DNA of 61,282 nt from an uncultured Alphaproteobacteria bacterium (GTDB taxonomy: Bacteria > Pseudomonadota > Alphaproteobacteria > RF32 > CAG-239): the NCBI GenBank assembly GCA_944390375.1, contig CALXPZ010000101.1, forward strand, positions 1-61,282, in the 5' to 3' direction. Of the stretch, positions 45,256 to 54,536 are shown piece after piece. The notes beneath the pieces are model-generated. The model ran no database searches. It saw only the letters and a program-made list of their open reading frames with translations, and was not told the DNA's origin. The position numbers were made by a program, and so were the translations under genes. Every line of letters starts with the position of its first letter. The stretch's first letter is position 1.

Positions 45256-45267
45256 AAAATGTCCCGT

Positions 45268-45846
45268 TCAGACGAGTTCCACCACCGGCCGGGAATTTTC
45301 CCTTCCGGCGGGAACAAAACGTTTGAAACGGACCTGCTGTACGGTTTGCGGGCGGTACTTTTTATATGTTCCCGGATACAATCGTCCGTCTTCGTCCCTG
45401 TACTCGCCGATCCAAACCGGCGGCAGAAAAGCCCGGTAGCAGATTCCGTCGATGACGATAACGCCGCTGGCTCTGTTATGCTTGACCCGTTCGATTTTAA
45501 AAGCAAAATTTCTTGTCTGCAGTTGCTTTTCGTACCGATGCCGGATGAGGCGGAAAGTAAGCGCCCCAAAAAAGAGATTTGCCGCCATGATCAGCCACAG
45601 ATAAAAATGCATCAGCATACCGCCACAGACAAACACGGTCGCACAGATGTTCAGCCACAGGCTTGTTGTTAAAGCCGTTTTCAGTTTGTTTTGCTGTTTC
45701 GGGGATAACAACCTGTTTTGCCGCAAGGCGTAAAGACAGGCGGAAAAGTTAAAAACAGCCCAGGCGTACATAAAAACAATCAATACATTTTCATTCATAT
45801 GCGTATAAAATTTTAATGGTGAATAATAAAATTGCAAAATAATCAA
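45268..45846 (-). CDS. Hypothetical membrane protein (3-4 TM) with soluble C-terminal beta-rich domain
   Basis: Hydrophobic N-terminal half. No family recognised. The start is uncertain. Confidence 0.55.
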   Translation of the reverse strand: MIILQFYYSPLKFYTHMNENVLIVFMYAWAVFNFSACLYALRQNRLLSPKQQNKLKTALTTSLWLNICATVFVCGGMLMHFYLWLIMAANLFFGALTFRLIRHRYEKQLQTRNFAFKIERVKHNRASGVIVIDGICYRAFLPPVWIGEYRDEDGRLYPGTYKKYRPQTVQQVRFKRFVPAGRENSRPVVELV

Positions 45847-45978
45847 TTTGAGCAGGCCAATATATGAAGAAAAAATAAAAAGTCAAGATACGGCAACTAA
45901 AACGATAATTAAAAAATGCGACGGTTGTTATTTTGCAAACTTTGCCGTAAACTGAAAAAAACTAAAAAAGGAAAAACG

Positions 45979-46581
45979 ATGGAAGATTTCTCCCGCCGTC
46001 TGGCAAAAGAAATTTATCAGGGCGATGTGTTTGAACTGGCGCAAAATCATCTGCTCGGCGCCTGCCTGTGCAGCCGTATCGGCGGCAAACTGACAGCCGG
46101 TATCATTACCGAACTGGAGGTCTATGTCGGCAGTTGCGACAAGGCCTGCCACGCCTGGCCGAATAAACTGACCCCGCGGACGGCCACCATGTTTCGTGCC
46201 GGCGGCTGTGCTTATGTTTTCTTTGTTTACGGAATGTATAACCAGTTTAACGTGGTAGCCGGGCCGGAAGGAACCGCCAACGCCGTTTTGATCCGCTCTC
46301 TGGAACCGGTTGCCGGCATTGAAGAAATGCAGCGCCGCCGCAAATGTGAAAATATAACCAACCTGACCACCGGCCCCGGCAAACTATGCCAGGCGCTGGC
46401 CATTACCCGCCGGGAGCACGACGGAACAGACCTTGGCGGCAATCTGCTCTGGATTTCTCCCAAAGAAAAGGAATATCCTTTTGTTGCCCGCCCGCGGATA
46501 GGGATCGACTATGCCGAAGAATATAAGGACAAACCCTGGCGTTTTTATATCCCGGACAACCGTTTTGTCAGCAAAAAATAA
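45979..46581 (+). CDS. mpg: DNA-3-methyladenine glycosylase (Mpg/AAG family)
   Basis: GIITELEVYVGSCDKACHAW, RTATMFRAGGCAYVFFVYGMYNQFNVV and RIGIDYA. Confidence 0.85.
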   Translation: MEDFSRRLAKEIYQGDVFELAQNHLLGACLCSRIGGKLTAGIITELEVYVGSCDKACHAWPNKLTPRTATMFRAGGCAYVFFVYGMYNQFNVVAGPEGTANAVLIRSLEPVAGIEEMQRRRKCENITNLTTGPGKLCQALAITRREHDGTDLGGNLLWISPKEKEYPFVARPRIGIDYAEEYKDKPWRFYIPDNRFVSKK

Positions 46582-46625
46582 ATATCCTGCGTGCGGCAGG
46601 CTGTTTATCTGGGTAGCAAAATACG

Positions 46626-46658
46626 AAAAAACACCGTTTTGAACAAAACGGTGTTTTA
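46626..46658. terminator. Bidirectional terminator
   Basis: A6-CACCGTTTT-gaac-AAAACGGTG-TTTT. Confidence 0.7.
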
Positions 46659-46675
46659 ACGAACCGAGCCGCAGA

Positions 46676-47107
46676 TTATTTCAACTCGTAATTAAACTCC
46701 TTAATGCGGAGAAGAGTTTGCAGCCGCCTGACATAAGTGTCGCTCAGGGCAATTTTGTCTGTCGGCTCCATATCCGGTTCCTGCCACACCTGCCGTATCA
46801 GACTTTCGTATTTTTCAAGCAGAAATTTCAACCCGTCTTTTTTCAGGATATTGTCGATATACCAATCCTGATTAAGCAGGGTCAACTGCCAGAAAAAATC
46901 GTCAAATTCGGGAGAATCGGGCAAAACCGGATTTTCTTTCCACCGTTTCCGGCGTCGCCTGTTGACGATATCCAAATAGGCAAAAATACCACCGGCAATT
47001 AGGAAAAGTGCAAAACACGCTGCCGCAACGGAAAATGTGAAAAAATAAAAATATAATGCGCAGATAAAAAAGACTGCGATTACATAAATGATAACAGATA
47101 CCTTCAT
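46676..47107 (-). CDS. Hypothetical protein with 2 N-terminal TM segments
   Basis: Hydrophobic N-terminus, an RRRRKRWK stop-transfer segment, and a soluble helical C-terminus. Confidence 0.55.
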   Translation of the reverse strand: MKVSVIIYVIAVFFICALYFYFFTFSVAAACFALFLIAGGIFAYLDIVNRRRRKRWKENPVLPDSPEFDDFFWQLTLLNQDWYIDNILKKDGLKFLLEKYESLIRQVWQEPDMEPTDKIALSDTYVRRLQTLLRIKEFNYELK

Positions 47108-47210
47108 AGTAGTATATGTATTAAATTAATAATTAAAATGACGGCCACCAAAATACAGCAGCTTCCGGTCGATGTCAATATCCAAGGACAACGTAAAAAG
47201 GTGTTCGGCG

Positions 47211-47241
47211 CAAAAAAATGCCGGTTAAAAACAACCGGCAT
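47211..47241 (-). terminator. Intrinsic terminator after rpmG
   Basis: On the minus strand: ATGCCGGTT-gttttt-AACCGGCAT hairpin plus T7. Confidence 0.65.
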
Positions 47242-47262
47242 CCGAAAACCATGATAAAAAAC

Positions 47263-47430
47263 TTACTTCAGTTTCTTTTCAACAAATTCTTCGTGTTTTT
47301 TCGATTTCTTGTCATATTTTTTCATCGAAAGCTTTTCCGGATGAGTTCTCGGATTTTTCTCGGCGATGAAAAAAGTTCCGGTTCCGGCGGTGCTTTCCAT
47401 TTTAACTTTGACTTTTACTGCTTTTGCCAT
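47263..47430 (-). CDS. rpmG: 50S ribosomal protein L33 (55 aa, below the ORF-track cutoff)
   Basis: My own translation is MAKAVKVKVKMESTAGTGTFFIAEKNPRTHPEKLSMKKYDKKSKKHEEFVEKKLK. This matches the L33 pattern STA.TG.F....KN.R....K...KKYD...KKH..F.E.K. Confidence 0.9.
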   Translation of the reverse strand: MAKAVKVKVKMESTAGTGTFFIAEKNPRTHPEKLSMKKYDKKSKKHEEFVEKKLK

Positions 47431-47475
47431 GTTTTTATACTCTTAAAATTTAGTGTTAAACGCAAGTTTTTCTGT

Positions 47476-47503
47476 AATATAGCGTTTTTTGCGGGCTTGT
47501 CAA
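47476..47503 (-). promoter_or_regulatory. Sigma70-like promoter of rpmG
   Basis: On the minus strand: TTGACA, 16 nt spacer, TATATT. Confidence 0.45.
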
Positions 47504-47534
47504 CAGCTTTTTGTTCCTGCTGTCCGATGCTCCG

Positions 47535-47570
47535 AAAAAAGACCGTATGTCAACAAACATACGGTCTTTT
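47535..47570. terminator. Bidirectional terminator
   Basis: A6-GACCGTATG-tcaacaaa-CATACGGTC-TTTT. Confidence 0.6.
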
Positions 47571-47584
47571 CATAAATCGGCGTT

Positions 47585-47800
47585 TTACGGTCCGGAAATT
47601 CCGAGAATACGTCGTCCGTTCCATATGGCTCCGGTAATGGTTTCGCCTTCGCACTCAATCACGAGGCTGTCGCCGCGCTGGGGTTTTCGGTCTCCGAAAA
47701 GGATGCAGGGCAGCGAGAAGGGAGTTGACATTTCCGGCCAGATACCGTACTTGTCGTCCCGTTTTTCAACGGAAGCAACGGTCAGATGCCTTTCTACCAT
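47585..47800 (-). CDS. Hypothetical 71-aa protein
   Basis: An ORF followed by a terminator. No family recognised. Confidence 0.4.
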   Translation of the reverse strand: MVERHLTVASVEKRDDKYGIWPEMSTPFSLPCILFGDRKPQRGDSLVIECEGETITGAIWNGRRILGISGP

Positions 47801-47825
47801 AAGAAAAAATTTAAAAGTTAAACAA

Positions 47826-48119
47826 TCAAAGGGGAATCCCCTTTATTTCTTTATTGTTTACATATATATGAGCTTCGATTTTTCCGTTTTCCTGTTCTTC
47901 CTGTTCAACACGGAAAAGATCGCCGACTTTTGGACGGGGATACCCGCGAAATTTGCTTCTGTAAATTTCGATTGTCATGCCGTCCTCAAAAAATAAAGTG
48001 TACAGCAAGTTGCTGACCATCACTTTTTGTATTTTTTTATTTATCATAATGTAAAGAATAATGGTTTTAAGAACCTCATTATAAGCGATTCGTATATTTT
48101 TTGTCAATATCGGTATCAA
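47826..48119 (-). CDS. Hypothetical small protein (64-97 aa depending on start)
   Basis: ORF with alternative starts at 48047 and 48020. It shows weak similarity to the neighbouring 71-aa ORF. Confidence 0.4.
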   Translation of the reverse strand: MIPILTKNIRIAYNEVLKTIILYIMINKKIQKVMVSNLLYTLFFEDGMTIEIYRSKFRGYPRPKVGDLFRVEQEEQENGKIEAHIYVNNKEIKGIPL

Positions 48120-48188
48120 AAAAATATATCCCTCCTGCCTTTGCCGGGCAGAAAGGGATATAAAACAAAACGCTTACCGAGAAAGCTG

Positions 48189-49445
48189 TTAAGCCACTTT
48201 GACCAGTCCGTGTTTTTTCTTTCCCTGCGAAAGTTTTATCTGTCCGTCCACCATATCCGCGGCGGAAAGCTTATAGTTTTCGTCCGTAACCGGTTTGTCG
48301 TTGATTTTCAGACCGTTTTGCTTGATCAGCCGGCGGGCCTCGCCTTTGCTCTCCACAAAGCCGATTTTAAGAAAAGCGTCCAAAATGCCGAGTCCTTCCA
48401 CCGACGCCACTTCAAGCACCGGCAGTTCTCCCCCGGCGCCGCCTTGTTCAAAAACGCGGACGGCGGTTTCCTGCGCTTTGCGTGCTTCTTCTTCGCCGCG
48501 GCAGATTTTGGTAGCCTCGAAAGCAAGGATCTTTTTCGCCTCGTTGATTTCCTGATCTTTCAGAGCGGCCAGCCGGCGTACTTCGTCCATCGGCAGGTCG
48601 GTATAAATACAAAGGCATTTTTCCACTTCCGTATCACCGATGTTGCGGAAATACTGATAATAGTCGTAAGAAGAAAGTTTTTCTTCGTTAATCCAGACGG
48701 CGTTGCCTTCCGATTTGCCCATTTTTTTCCCGCTGGCATCGGTAATGATCGGGCTGGTAAAGCCAAACAGCTCAACGTCATATTTGCGGCGGCCGAGTTC
48801 GGTGCCCGAGGTAATGTTGCCCCACTGATCGGAGCCGGCAATCTGGGCGCGGCAGCCGTATTTTTGGTAAAGTTCGCAGAAGTCATATCCCTGCAACAGC
48901 ATATAGTTAAATTCCAGAAAGCTCATCGGCTGCTCGCGTTCCAGCCGGCTTTTGACGCTGTCCATGGTCAGCATCCGGTTGACCGAGTAATAGGTGCCGA
49001 TGTCGCGCAAAAAGGCAAGATAATTGATGTTCTTAAACCAGTCCCAGTTGTCGACCATCACGGCGTCGTTTTTACCGTCGCCGAATTTTAAGAATTTGCC
49101 GAAAGATTTTTTTAAGCCTTCAATATTGTGTGCCAGCGTTTCTTCGCTCAAAAAAGGGCGCAGCTTATCTTTGCCCGAGGGATCGCCGATACGGGCGGTG
49201 GCGCCGCCGACAAGCGTCAGCGGTTTATGCCCGCACTTCTGAAACCAGCGGAGCATCATCAGCGGCACGATATGGCCGACGTGCAGGCTGTCGCCGGTTG
49301 GGTCGGAACCGAGATAACCGACGGCAGGCTTGCCTTTTTGCTCGCATTCGAAAAGGTATTGGTCAAACCCCTCCTCGTTGGTGCATTGGTTGTAAAAGCC
49401 GCGTTCAAGCATAATATTAAAAAATTCGGATTTAAATTGACTCAT
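48189..49445 (-). CDS. tyrS: Tyrosyl-tRNA synthetase
   Basis: GSDPTGDSLHVGHIVPL (HIGH), KMGKSEGNAVW (KMSKS), and a C-terminal S4 domain. Confidence 0.95.
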   Translation of the reverse strand: MSQFKSEFFNIMLERGFYNQCTNEEGFDQYLFECEQKGKPAVGYLGSDPTGDSLHVGHIVPLMMLRWFQKCGHKPLTLVGGATARIGDPSGKDKLRPFLSEETLAHNIEGLKKSFGKFLKFGDGKNDAVMVDNWDWFKNINYLAFLRDIGTYYSVNRMLTMDSVKSRLEREQPMSFLEFNYMLLQGYDFCELYQKYGCRAQIAGSDQWGNITSGTELGRRKYDVELFGFTSPIITDASGKKMGKSEGNAVWINEEKLSSYDYYQYFRNIGDTEVEKCLCIYTDLPMDEVRRLAALKDQEINEAKKILAFEATKICRGEEEARKAQETAVRVFEQGGAGGELPVLEVASVEGLGILDAFLKIGFVESKGEARRLIKQNGLKINDKPVTDENYKLSAADMVDGQIKLSQGKKKHGLVKVA

Positions 49446-49639
49446 TTTTCCTGCCTTTTATCTATAAAATTCAAAGTATATTAGCATATAATTTGCCAAG
49501 TGCAAGCAAAGTATTGTTCAAAAGGATTTTCTTTTTTTGTAAATTTTTTCAATTTTTTGTAATTTTGTCTATTGCATTCCGGTAAAAAAGTGCTATAGTA
49601 TCAACCATAGTTCACATTATTAATTTAATTTTTTTTCCT

Positions 49640-50398
49640 ATGAAAACTAAAGTTTTAACCGTAGTGAGTGCAGTTGTTTGTGTGTGGTTGATGTCTTCTT
49701 GCGGGTATAAGTCAAAAATTACCCCGATTGAAGGAAGCAACGGTTATTCAACCTATACTGCCGTAGTTGATGGTAAGGTGCTGATGGGTGTGCAAGACGC
49801 CGCCGGAGTTTCTCTCTGCGAGCCGCGTTATGTCGACGTCAAGTACGAAGAGGGCTATTTTTCGGCTCTTTATCCGTCTTATGAACAGTATGATTTGTTT
49901 GACACCACGGGCAAACAAGTGATGCCGGAAGTCAAAAAACGTTTCTGCGTCATGCAGAAAAACGCTTTGGCAGATTCGCTTACGTACTACAGTTTTACGT
50001 CCTTTGACGAAAAAACTTATTATCTCTTCGTCAACATGGACAACCGGATTGTCGGTCCGAAAAGCGAAATGTCTCTCTACCCTCGGGAACATGTTGTTGT
50101 CTACATGGAAGGCGATAAATTCGGAGCCCTCTCATACGATAACAAAGAACTTGTTCCGCTGAGCAGCGAACTCTCTTTTGCCACTCGCGAAGATGTCAAA
50201 CGGGTACGCAAAAACGGACGCACCGTCCGTGATACGGTCAAAACACCGGTAATCTATGCCAATGACGGCAAAGACTGGCAGAAATATTCCGCCGTTACCG
50301 GAGAAAATCTGGGCAAGCTTGACAACAAAGATGTTGAGCTTATCAACGCCTCTGACGAAACCATGTATGACCATGTGTTCGCTGTCAGGAACAAATGA
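49640..50398 (+). CDS. Lipoprotein of unknown function (possibly WG-repeat-like)
   Basis: Signal peptide with lipobox LMSSC, then a repetitive beta-rich body. Confidence 0.65.
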   Translation: MKTKVLTVVSAVVCVWLMSSCGYKSKITPIEGSNGYSTYTAVVDGKVLMGVQDAAGVSLCEPRYVDVKYEEGYFSALYPSYEQYDLFDTTGKQVMPEVKKRFCVMQKNALADSLTYYSFTSFDEKTYYLFVNMDNRIVGPKSEMSLYPREHVVVYMEGDKFGALSYDNKELVPLSSELSFATREDVKRVRKNGRTVRDTVKTPVIYANDGKDWQKYSAVTGENLGKLDNKDVELINASDETMYDHVFAVRNK

Positions 50399-50416
50399 TG
50401 TTCCTTAAATCTGTGC

Positions 50417-50459
50417 AAAGCTTTCCATCTCTTTCAAAGAGAGACGGAAAGCTTTTTTT
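50417..50459 (+). terminator. Intrinsic terminator
   Basis: AAAGCTTTCC...GGAAAGCTTT hairpin plus T7. Confidence 0.7.
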
Positions 50460-50537
50460 GTGCCTGTTTATAATAAAATTTTAATATCTGAAAGGTTACA
50501 CTGTACGCTAAGTTAATTTAGCAACGTACCGGGGTAA

Positions 50538-51647
50538 ATGAATAATATTAAAGGCATAACCGCACTGGGGGTGGCCGGCTCTACGTCGCTTGACGGGTTG
50601 GGGCTGGCGCTGATGGAAACCGACGGGGTAGATATATATTCCCGCGGACCGGCTTATATCGTTCCTTATGAGGAAGATCTTTTGGAGCAGATTCGTTCGG
50701 TATTGGGCAAACGCGTCGATTCGCCGGAACACGCGGAAGAAATCCGGCAGGCGGAGGAGGCTTTTACCGATTTTGCCGCGGCTGCGGTGCTTGAGTTTAT
50801 CAAAGACGAAGATGTAAATCCGGATGTTTTGGGCTTTGCCGGGCACACCGTCTGCCACCGCCCGCAGGAACACTATACCCACCAGATCGGCAACGGTCAA
50901 AAGATGGCAGACATCACCGGCATCAAAACGGTTGCCCGGTTTCGCAATGCCGATCTTTTAGCCGGCGGACAGGGGGCGCCGTTTGCGCCTGTTTTTTACG
51001 AGGCTCTGGCCGCCAAAATGCCGCGGCCGCTGGCGGTGGTCGATATCGGCGGCACCTCGGAAATTGTTTGGCTCGGTTCCAACGGCGAGATGAAAGCTTT
51101 TGTCAGCGGCCCCGGCAACGCCGTTATTAACGACTGGGTGATGAAACACGGCGGTATGCATATGGACTATAACGGCAAGCTGGCCATCACCGGCAAAACG
51201 GACGAAAAAATCCTGACCACCCTGATGCACCACAAATACATTGCGCTCAATCCGCCCAAAGCCTGCGATCGGACCATTTTTGCCGAAAAGGCGGAGCACT
51301 TGGAGGGGTTGTCCTTAGAAGACGGAGCCGCTACCGCCACTGCTTTTGTTGCCGAGTCGATAGCTTATTCAATGGCAATTTTCCTGCCCGAACCGCCGGA
51401 AAAAGTGATTGTCTGCGGCGGCGGATCAAAAAACCCGACGCTGATGCGCTTTCTTCGCCAGCGTCTGCCGGATATGGAAGTGGAAACGGCCGCCGCTGTC
51501 GGTTGGCCGCCGGAAGCCGTTGATGCTCAGGAGGCCGCTTTTTGGGCGGTACGCCGGCTGCATTGCCTGCCGCTCAGTTTTCCTGCCACCACCGGTGCGG
51601 CCGAGCCGGTTATCGGCGGCGAAATTTTTGAGCCCGTCGCCGGCTAG
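50538..51647 (+). CDS. anmK: Anhydro-N-acetylmuramic acid kinase
   Basis: GVAGSTSLDGLGLALM, FRNADLLAGGQGAPFAPVF and VCGGGSKNPTLM. Confidence 0.9.
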   Translation: MNNIKGITALGVAGSTSLDGLGLALMETDGVDIYSRGPAYIVPYEEDLLEQIRSVLGKRVDSPEHAEEIRQAEEAFTDFAAAAVLEFIKDEDVNPDVLGFAGHTVCHRPQEHYTHQIGNGQKMADITGIKTVARFRNADLLAGGQGAPFAPVFYEALAAKMPRPLAVVDIGGTSEIVWLGSNGEMKAFVSGPGNAVINDWVMKHGGMHMDYNGKLAITGKTDEKILTTLMHHKYIALNPPKACDRTIFAEKAEHLEGLSLEDGAATATAFVAESIAYSMAIFLPEPPEKVIVCGGGSKNPTLMRFLRQRLPDMEVETAAAVGWPPEAVDAQEAAFWAVRRLHCLPLSFPATTGAAEPVIGGEIFEPVAG

Positions 51648-52651
51648 CGCTTGCTGCGGTAAGAAATTTTAATTCCGAACAAAGAAATTTTTTTCTTATG
51701 CGGTTTAAGAATATGCTTAAACTCTTTTAAATGACGGAATTTCCGGCGTTCCTCTTCACCGTATTCTTCAAGATATGCCTGAAATTTTTTCATCGTCGTG
51801 CGAAAATCGGCTCGGTTTTCTTCCGTCGGTAGGGCAGAATAGTTCCAGACAAAAGAAATCATATTGCGGTCAAGAACGTAAAAATTGATTCTGCGGAATG
51901 TTTCCGGCGCCAGTTTTTGCATAAGCCGTTGCCTGAGGCCTTCATAACCTTGCAATATCTGCTGTCCGAGGGAAGAAAATTGTTTGCTCAGGCTGTTTTC
52001 GCTGTCTTTACGGTAAAAATAAAAAATCTGGTTGCAGACGGCAAAACGTTTGGCCGCGAGCATGGCTTCGATCCAGAAAACAAAATCTTCGCCGACCGAT
52101 GTAAAAACGGGAAATTCCAACCGGTTGCGTTCAAGCATTTCCCGGCGGTAAAAACGGCCGACGGTGGTACCGTGAACAAAATAGAGCAGTTCTTCTCCCT
52201 CGGCTAAAGAAAAAGCCGCATCGCCGAAGCGGGAAAAGATTTCATCAAGCAAAGCACAGCGACGGTATTGACCGTTTTCAACCTTTGCGTAATTAAACAA
52301 CAGAATGTCCGTTTGCAGGCGTTCCGCCTCAAAACAGAGATAACCGAGCGCCTGTAAATCAATTCTGTCGTCGGCATCGACAAAGGTCAGATATTTCCCC
52401 CGCGCCGCGCTCATGCCCCGGTTGCGGGCGGCGGAAACGCCGGCGTTTGCCTGATGAAACACTTTCAGCCGGCCGTCTTTTAAAGCTTTCGCATCAAGGA
52501 TTGCCGGCGATTCGTCGGTCGAGCCGTCATCAATGCAGATGACTTCAATCTCCTGCAATGTCTGGTTCAGCAGGCTGTCCAGACATTCTTCAAGATAGCG
52601 ACCGGCGTTAAACACCGGCACCACGACCGAAACCAGCGGATGACTGTCCAT
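51644..52651 (-). CDS. Family-2 glycosyltransferase
   Basis: VSVVVPVFNAGRYLEECLDSLLNQT, CIDDGSTD and FVDADD. The start is trimmed to ATG 52651 after GAGGAGGAA. It ends with a basic KKKISLFGIKISYRSKR tail. Confidence 0.85.
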   Translation of the reverse strand: MDSHPLVSVVVPVFNAGRYLEECLDSLLNQTLQEIEVICIDDGSTDESPAILDAKALKDGRLKVFHQANAGVSAARNRGMSAARGKYLTFVDADDRIDLQALGYLCFEAERLQTDILLFNYAKVENGQYRRCALLDEIFSRFGDAAFSLAEGEELLYFVHGTTVGRFYRREMLERNRLEFPVFTSVGEDFVFWIEAMLAAKRFAVCNQIFYFYRKDSENSLSKQFSSLGQQILQGYEGLRQRLMQKLAPETFRRINFYVLDRNMISFVWNYSALPTEENRADFRTTMKKFQAYLEEYGEEERRKFRHLKEFKHILKPHKKKISLFGIKISYRSKR

Positions 52652-52661
52652 ATTTTCCTCC

Positions 52662-54536
52662 TCAGTCGACAAAGCGGCCGAACATTTCGTCCATTTCCAC
52701 GCAAATGGCGGGCTTGCCGCTGATCTCGGCGATTCTGCCGGCCTGTTTCGGGTTGGATTCGACAAACAAAATGCAGTCATCAAGTTTTTTATAAATTTTT
52801 GCCTTAAAGTCGGCATGACAGCCGAGCTTCATACGTTCTTCTTTGCTTGCCAGGTCAAGCATATAGAGTTTATCGTATTTCACGCCGTTTTTCTTCAGCC
52901 AGCTCTCCGTTTCCGGGCGGTATTTTTCCAGTCGGCTGGTTACCAGGGCGCGGATTTTGTAGTTCGGAATATAAAGCGGTCGGGCGTTAAGGATAAAGCG
53001 GCGGTATTTTTCGCCGTCATCGTTTTCTTCTTCCGTCGGGTCAAAACACAACACGCCGTCGATGTCAAAACAGGCTCTTTCGGCAATGCCGTGGTTGAGA
53101 TAATTCCATTGGAACAACCGGGGTACCGGCACATTTTCAAAAAAGATGTCGGGTTTGGGGTTGGCCTGGTCGGATGAATATATGCAAAGATAAATAAACT
53201 CATATTTGCCGGCCAGCGGTTGCAGGGCCTCCTTTGTCTTTTTGAGCGCGCTGCCGGAATATACGGAGTCGTCAACCACCAGCACCCGGCGGATGCTTGC
53301 TTTCTTTTGCGGCCGGTTTCCGTGCGCCGGCGGAATCCCGTGCAAAAATTCGTTAAGCGAGCAGACCGGTTTGTTCAGGAACAATGCCGTCATATAAGCA
53401 GGGATAATCCCCGAACGCGGCACGCCGACGATCAGATCAATATTTTCCGGCAGCTTGTGTAGGTTGCTTCGGATGCAGTAAGCCATCTGATTAAATCCGC
53501 GGAAATGAATATCGTTTTTGCGGGAAGCGACCGACTGCCGTTTTTTCTTTTTGCGATAGCAGATTTTGATGCCCAAAATGCGCAAAACCCGTTTATTGCC
53601 GGATTTTTGTTTTTTATAAAGCCAATCCCACCAATGCGGTTTTGCAATCTGTTCTTTTATAAAAGACTTGGGCAGAAAACGGCGAAATTGCTCATACAGC
53701 CGCCGTTTTGCACCGTACCCGCGGACAAGTCCGTATTCATAGGCAAAAGAAACGGCCGTCCGCCGGTAAAAAGCGTTGGCAAGAGAAGAGAACAGGCCTC
53801 TTTTTTTTAGTTCGTCGCGCACATATTGCGCGGCCAGAAGAATATTTTGAGCGTGTTTTCCCCGGCTTGCGGTGATGTTGCCGGCAATTTCCGTCCGGTA
53901 GTCGTACAGAGCCTCGGCAACGGTCGAGATTTTGCCGGCCTCTGCCAGCGCCAGCATACCGAATGCCACGTCATTGCAGGAAGAAAGATTTTGAAAACGG
54001 AGATTTTTGGCAACAATAAACTCGCGGTGGTAAAGTTTGTTCCAGACGGACGGATTGGTAAACATAAAAGTGCCGGCCTGTCTTAAGGTAAAAGGCTCGT
54101 TTTCGGGGATCAGCTGATCGACAAACGCGCAGTCCAGGGGGGTAGTGGTCTTGTCGGGCAGCAAAAAATTTGCCCGGCAGACAACGACATCGCAACCGGT
54201 TTCTTCCCCGCGGTCATACATTTTTTCTATCATTTCGGGATGGGCAAGGTCATCGGCGTCAAGAAAAGAAAGCCATTTCCCGCGTGCTTTTTCGATTCCT
54301 TTGTTGCGGGCAACCGCAGCCCCGCTGTTGGCCTGGGAAAAAATTTTCAACCGTTTGTCTTTTTGAGCATACTTTTTCAAAATTGCGGCGGAGTTGTCGG
54401 TTGATCCGTCGTCAACACAGATAATCTCAATATCTTTTAAGGTTTGCGCTAAAAAGCTATCCAAAGCTTCCGGCAAAAAAGGCGCGGCATTGTAAACCGG
54501 GACGATAATGCTGGTTTTGATTTCACTTGTCGCCAT
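52662..54536 (-). CDS. Tri-domain enzyme: GT2 glycosyltransferase + phosphoribosyltransferase + HAD-like phosphatase
   Basis: GT2 module: SIIVPVYNAAPFL, CVDDGSTDNS and FLDADD. PRT module: LIVGVPRSGIIPA and the PRPP loop VLVVDDSVYSGSA. HAD module: CFDIDGVLC. The start is trimmed to ATG 54536 after GGAGAA. Confidence 0.8.
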   Translation of the reverse strand: MATSEIKTSIIVPVYNAAPFLPEALDSFLAQTLKDIEIICVDDGSTDNSAAILKKYAQKDKRLKIFSQANSGAAVARNKGIEKARGKWLSFLDADDLAHPEMIEKMYDRGEETGCDVVVCRANFLLPDKTTTPLDCAFVDQLIPENEPFTLRQAGTFMFTNPSVWNKLYHREFIVAKNLRFQNLSSCNDVAFGMLALAEAGKISTVAEALYDYRTEIAGNITASRGKHAQNILLAAQYVRDELKKRGLFSSLANAFYRRTAVSFAYEYGLVRGYGAKRRLYEQFRRFLPKSFIKEQIAKPHWWDWLYKKQKSGNKRVLRILGIKICYRKKKKRQSVASRKNDIHFRGFNQMAYCIRSNLHKLPENIDLIVGVPRSGIIPAYMTALFLNKPVCSLNEFLHGIPPAHGNRPQKKASIRRVLVVDDSVYSGSALKKTKEALQPLAGKYEFIYLCIYSSDQANPKPDIFFENVPVPRLFQWNYLNHGIAERACFDIDGVLCFDPTEEENDDGEKYRRFILNARPLYIPNYKIRALVTSRLEKYRPETESWLKKNGVKYDKLYMLDLASKEERMKLGCHADFKAKIYKKLDDCILFVESNPKQAGRIAEISGKPAICVEMDEMFGRFVD

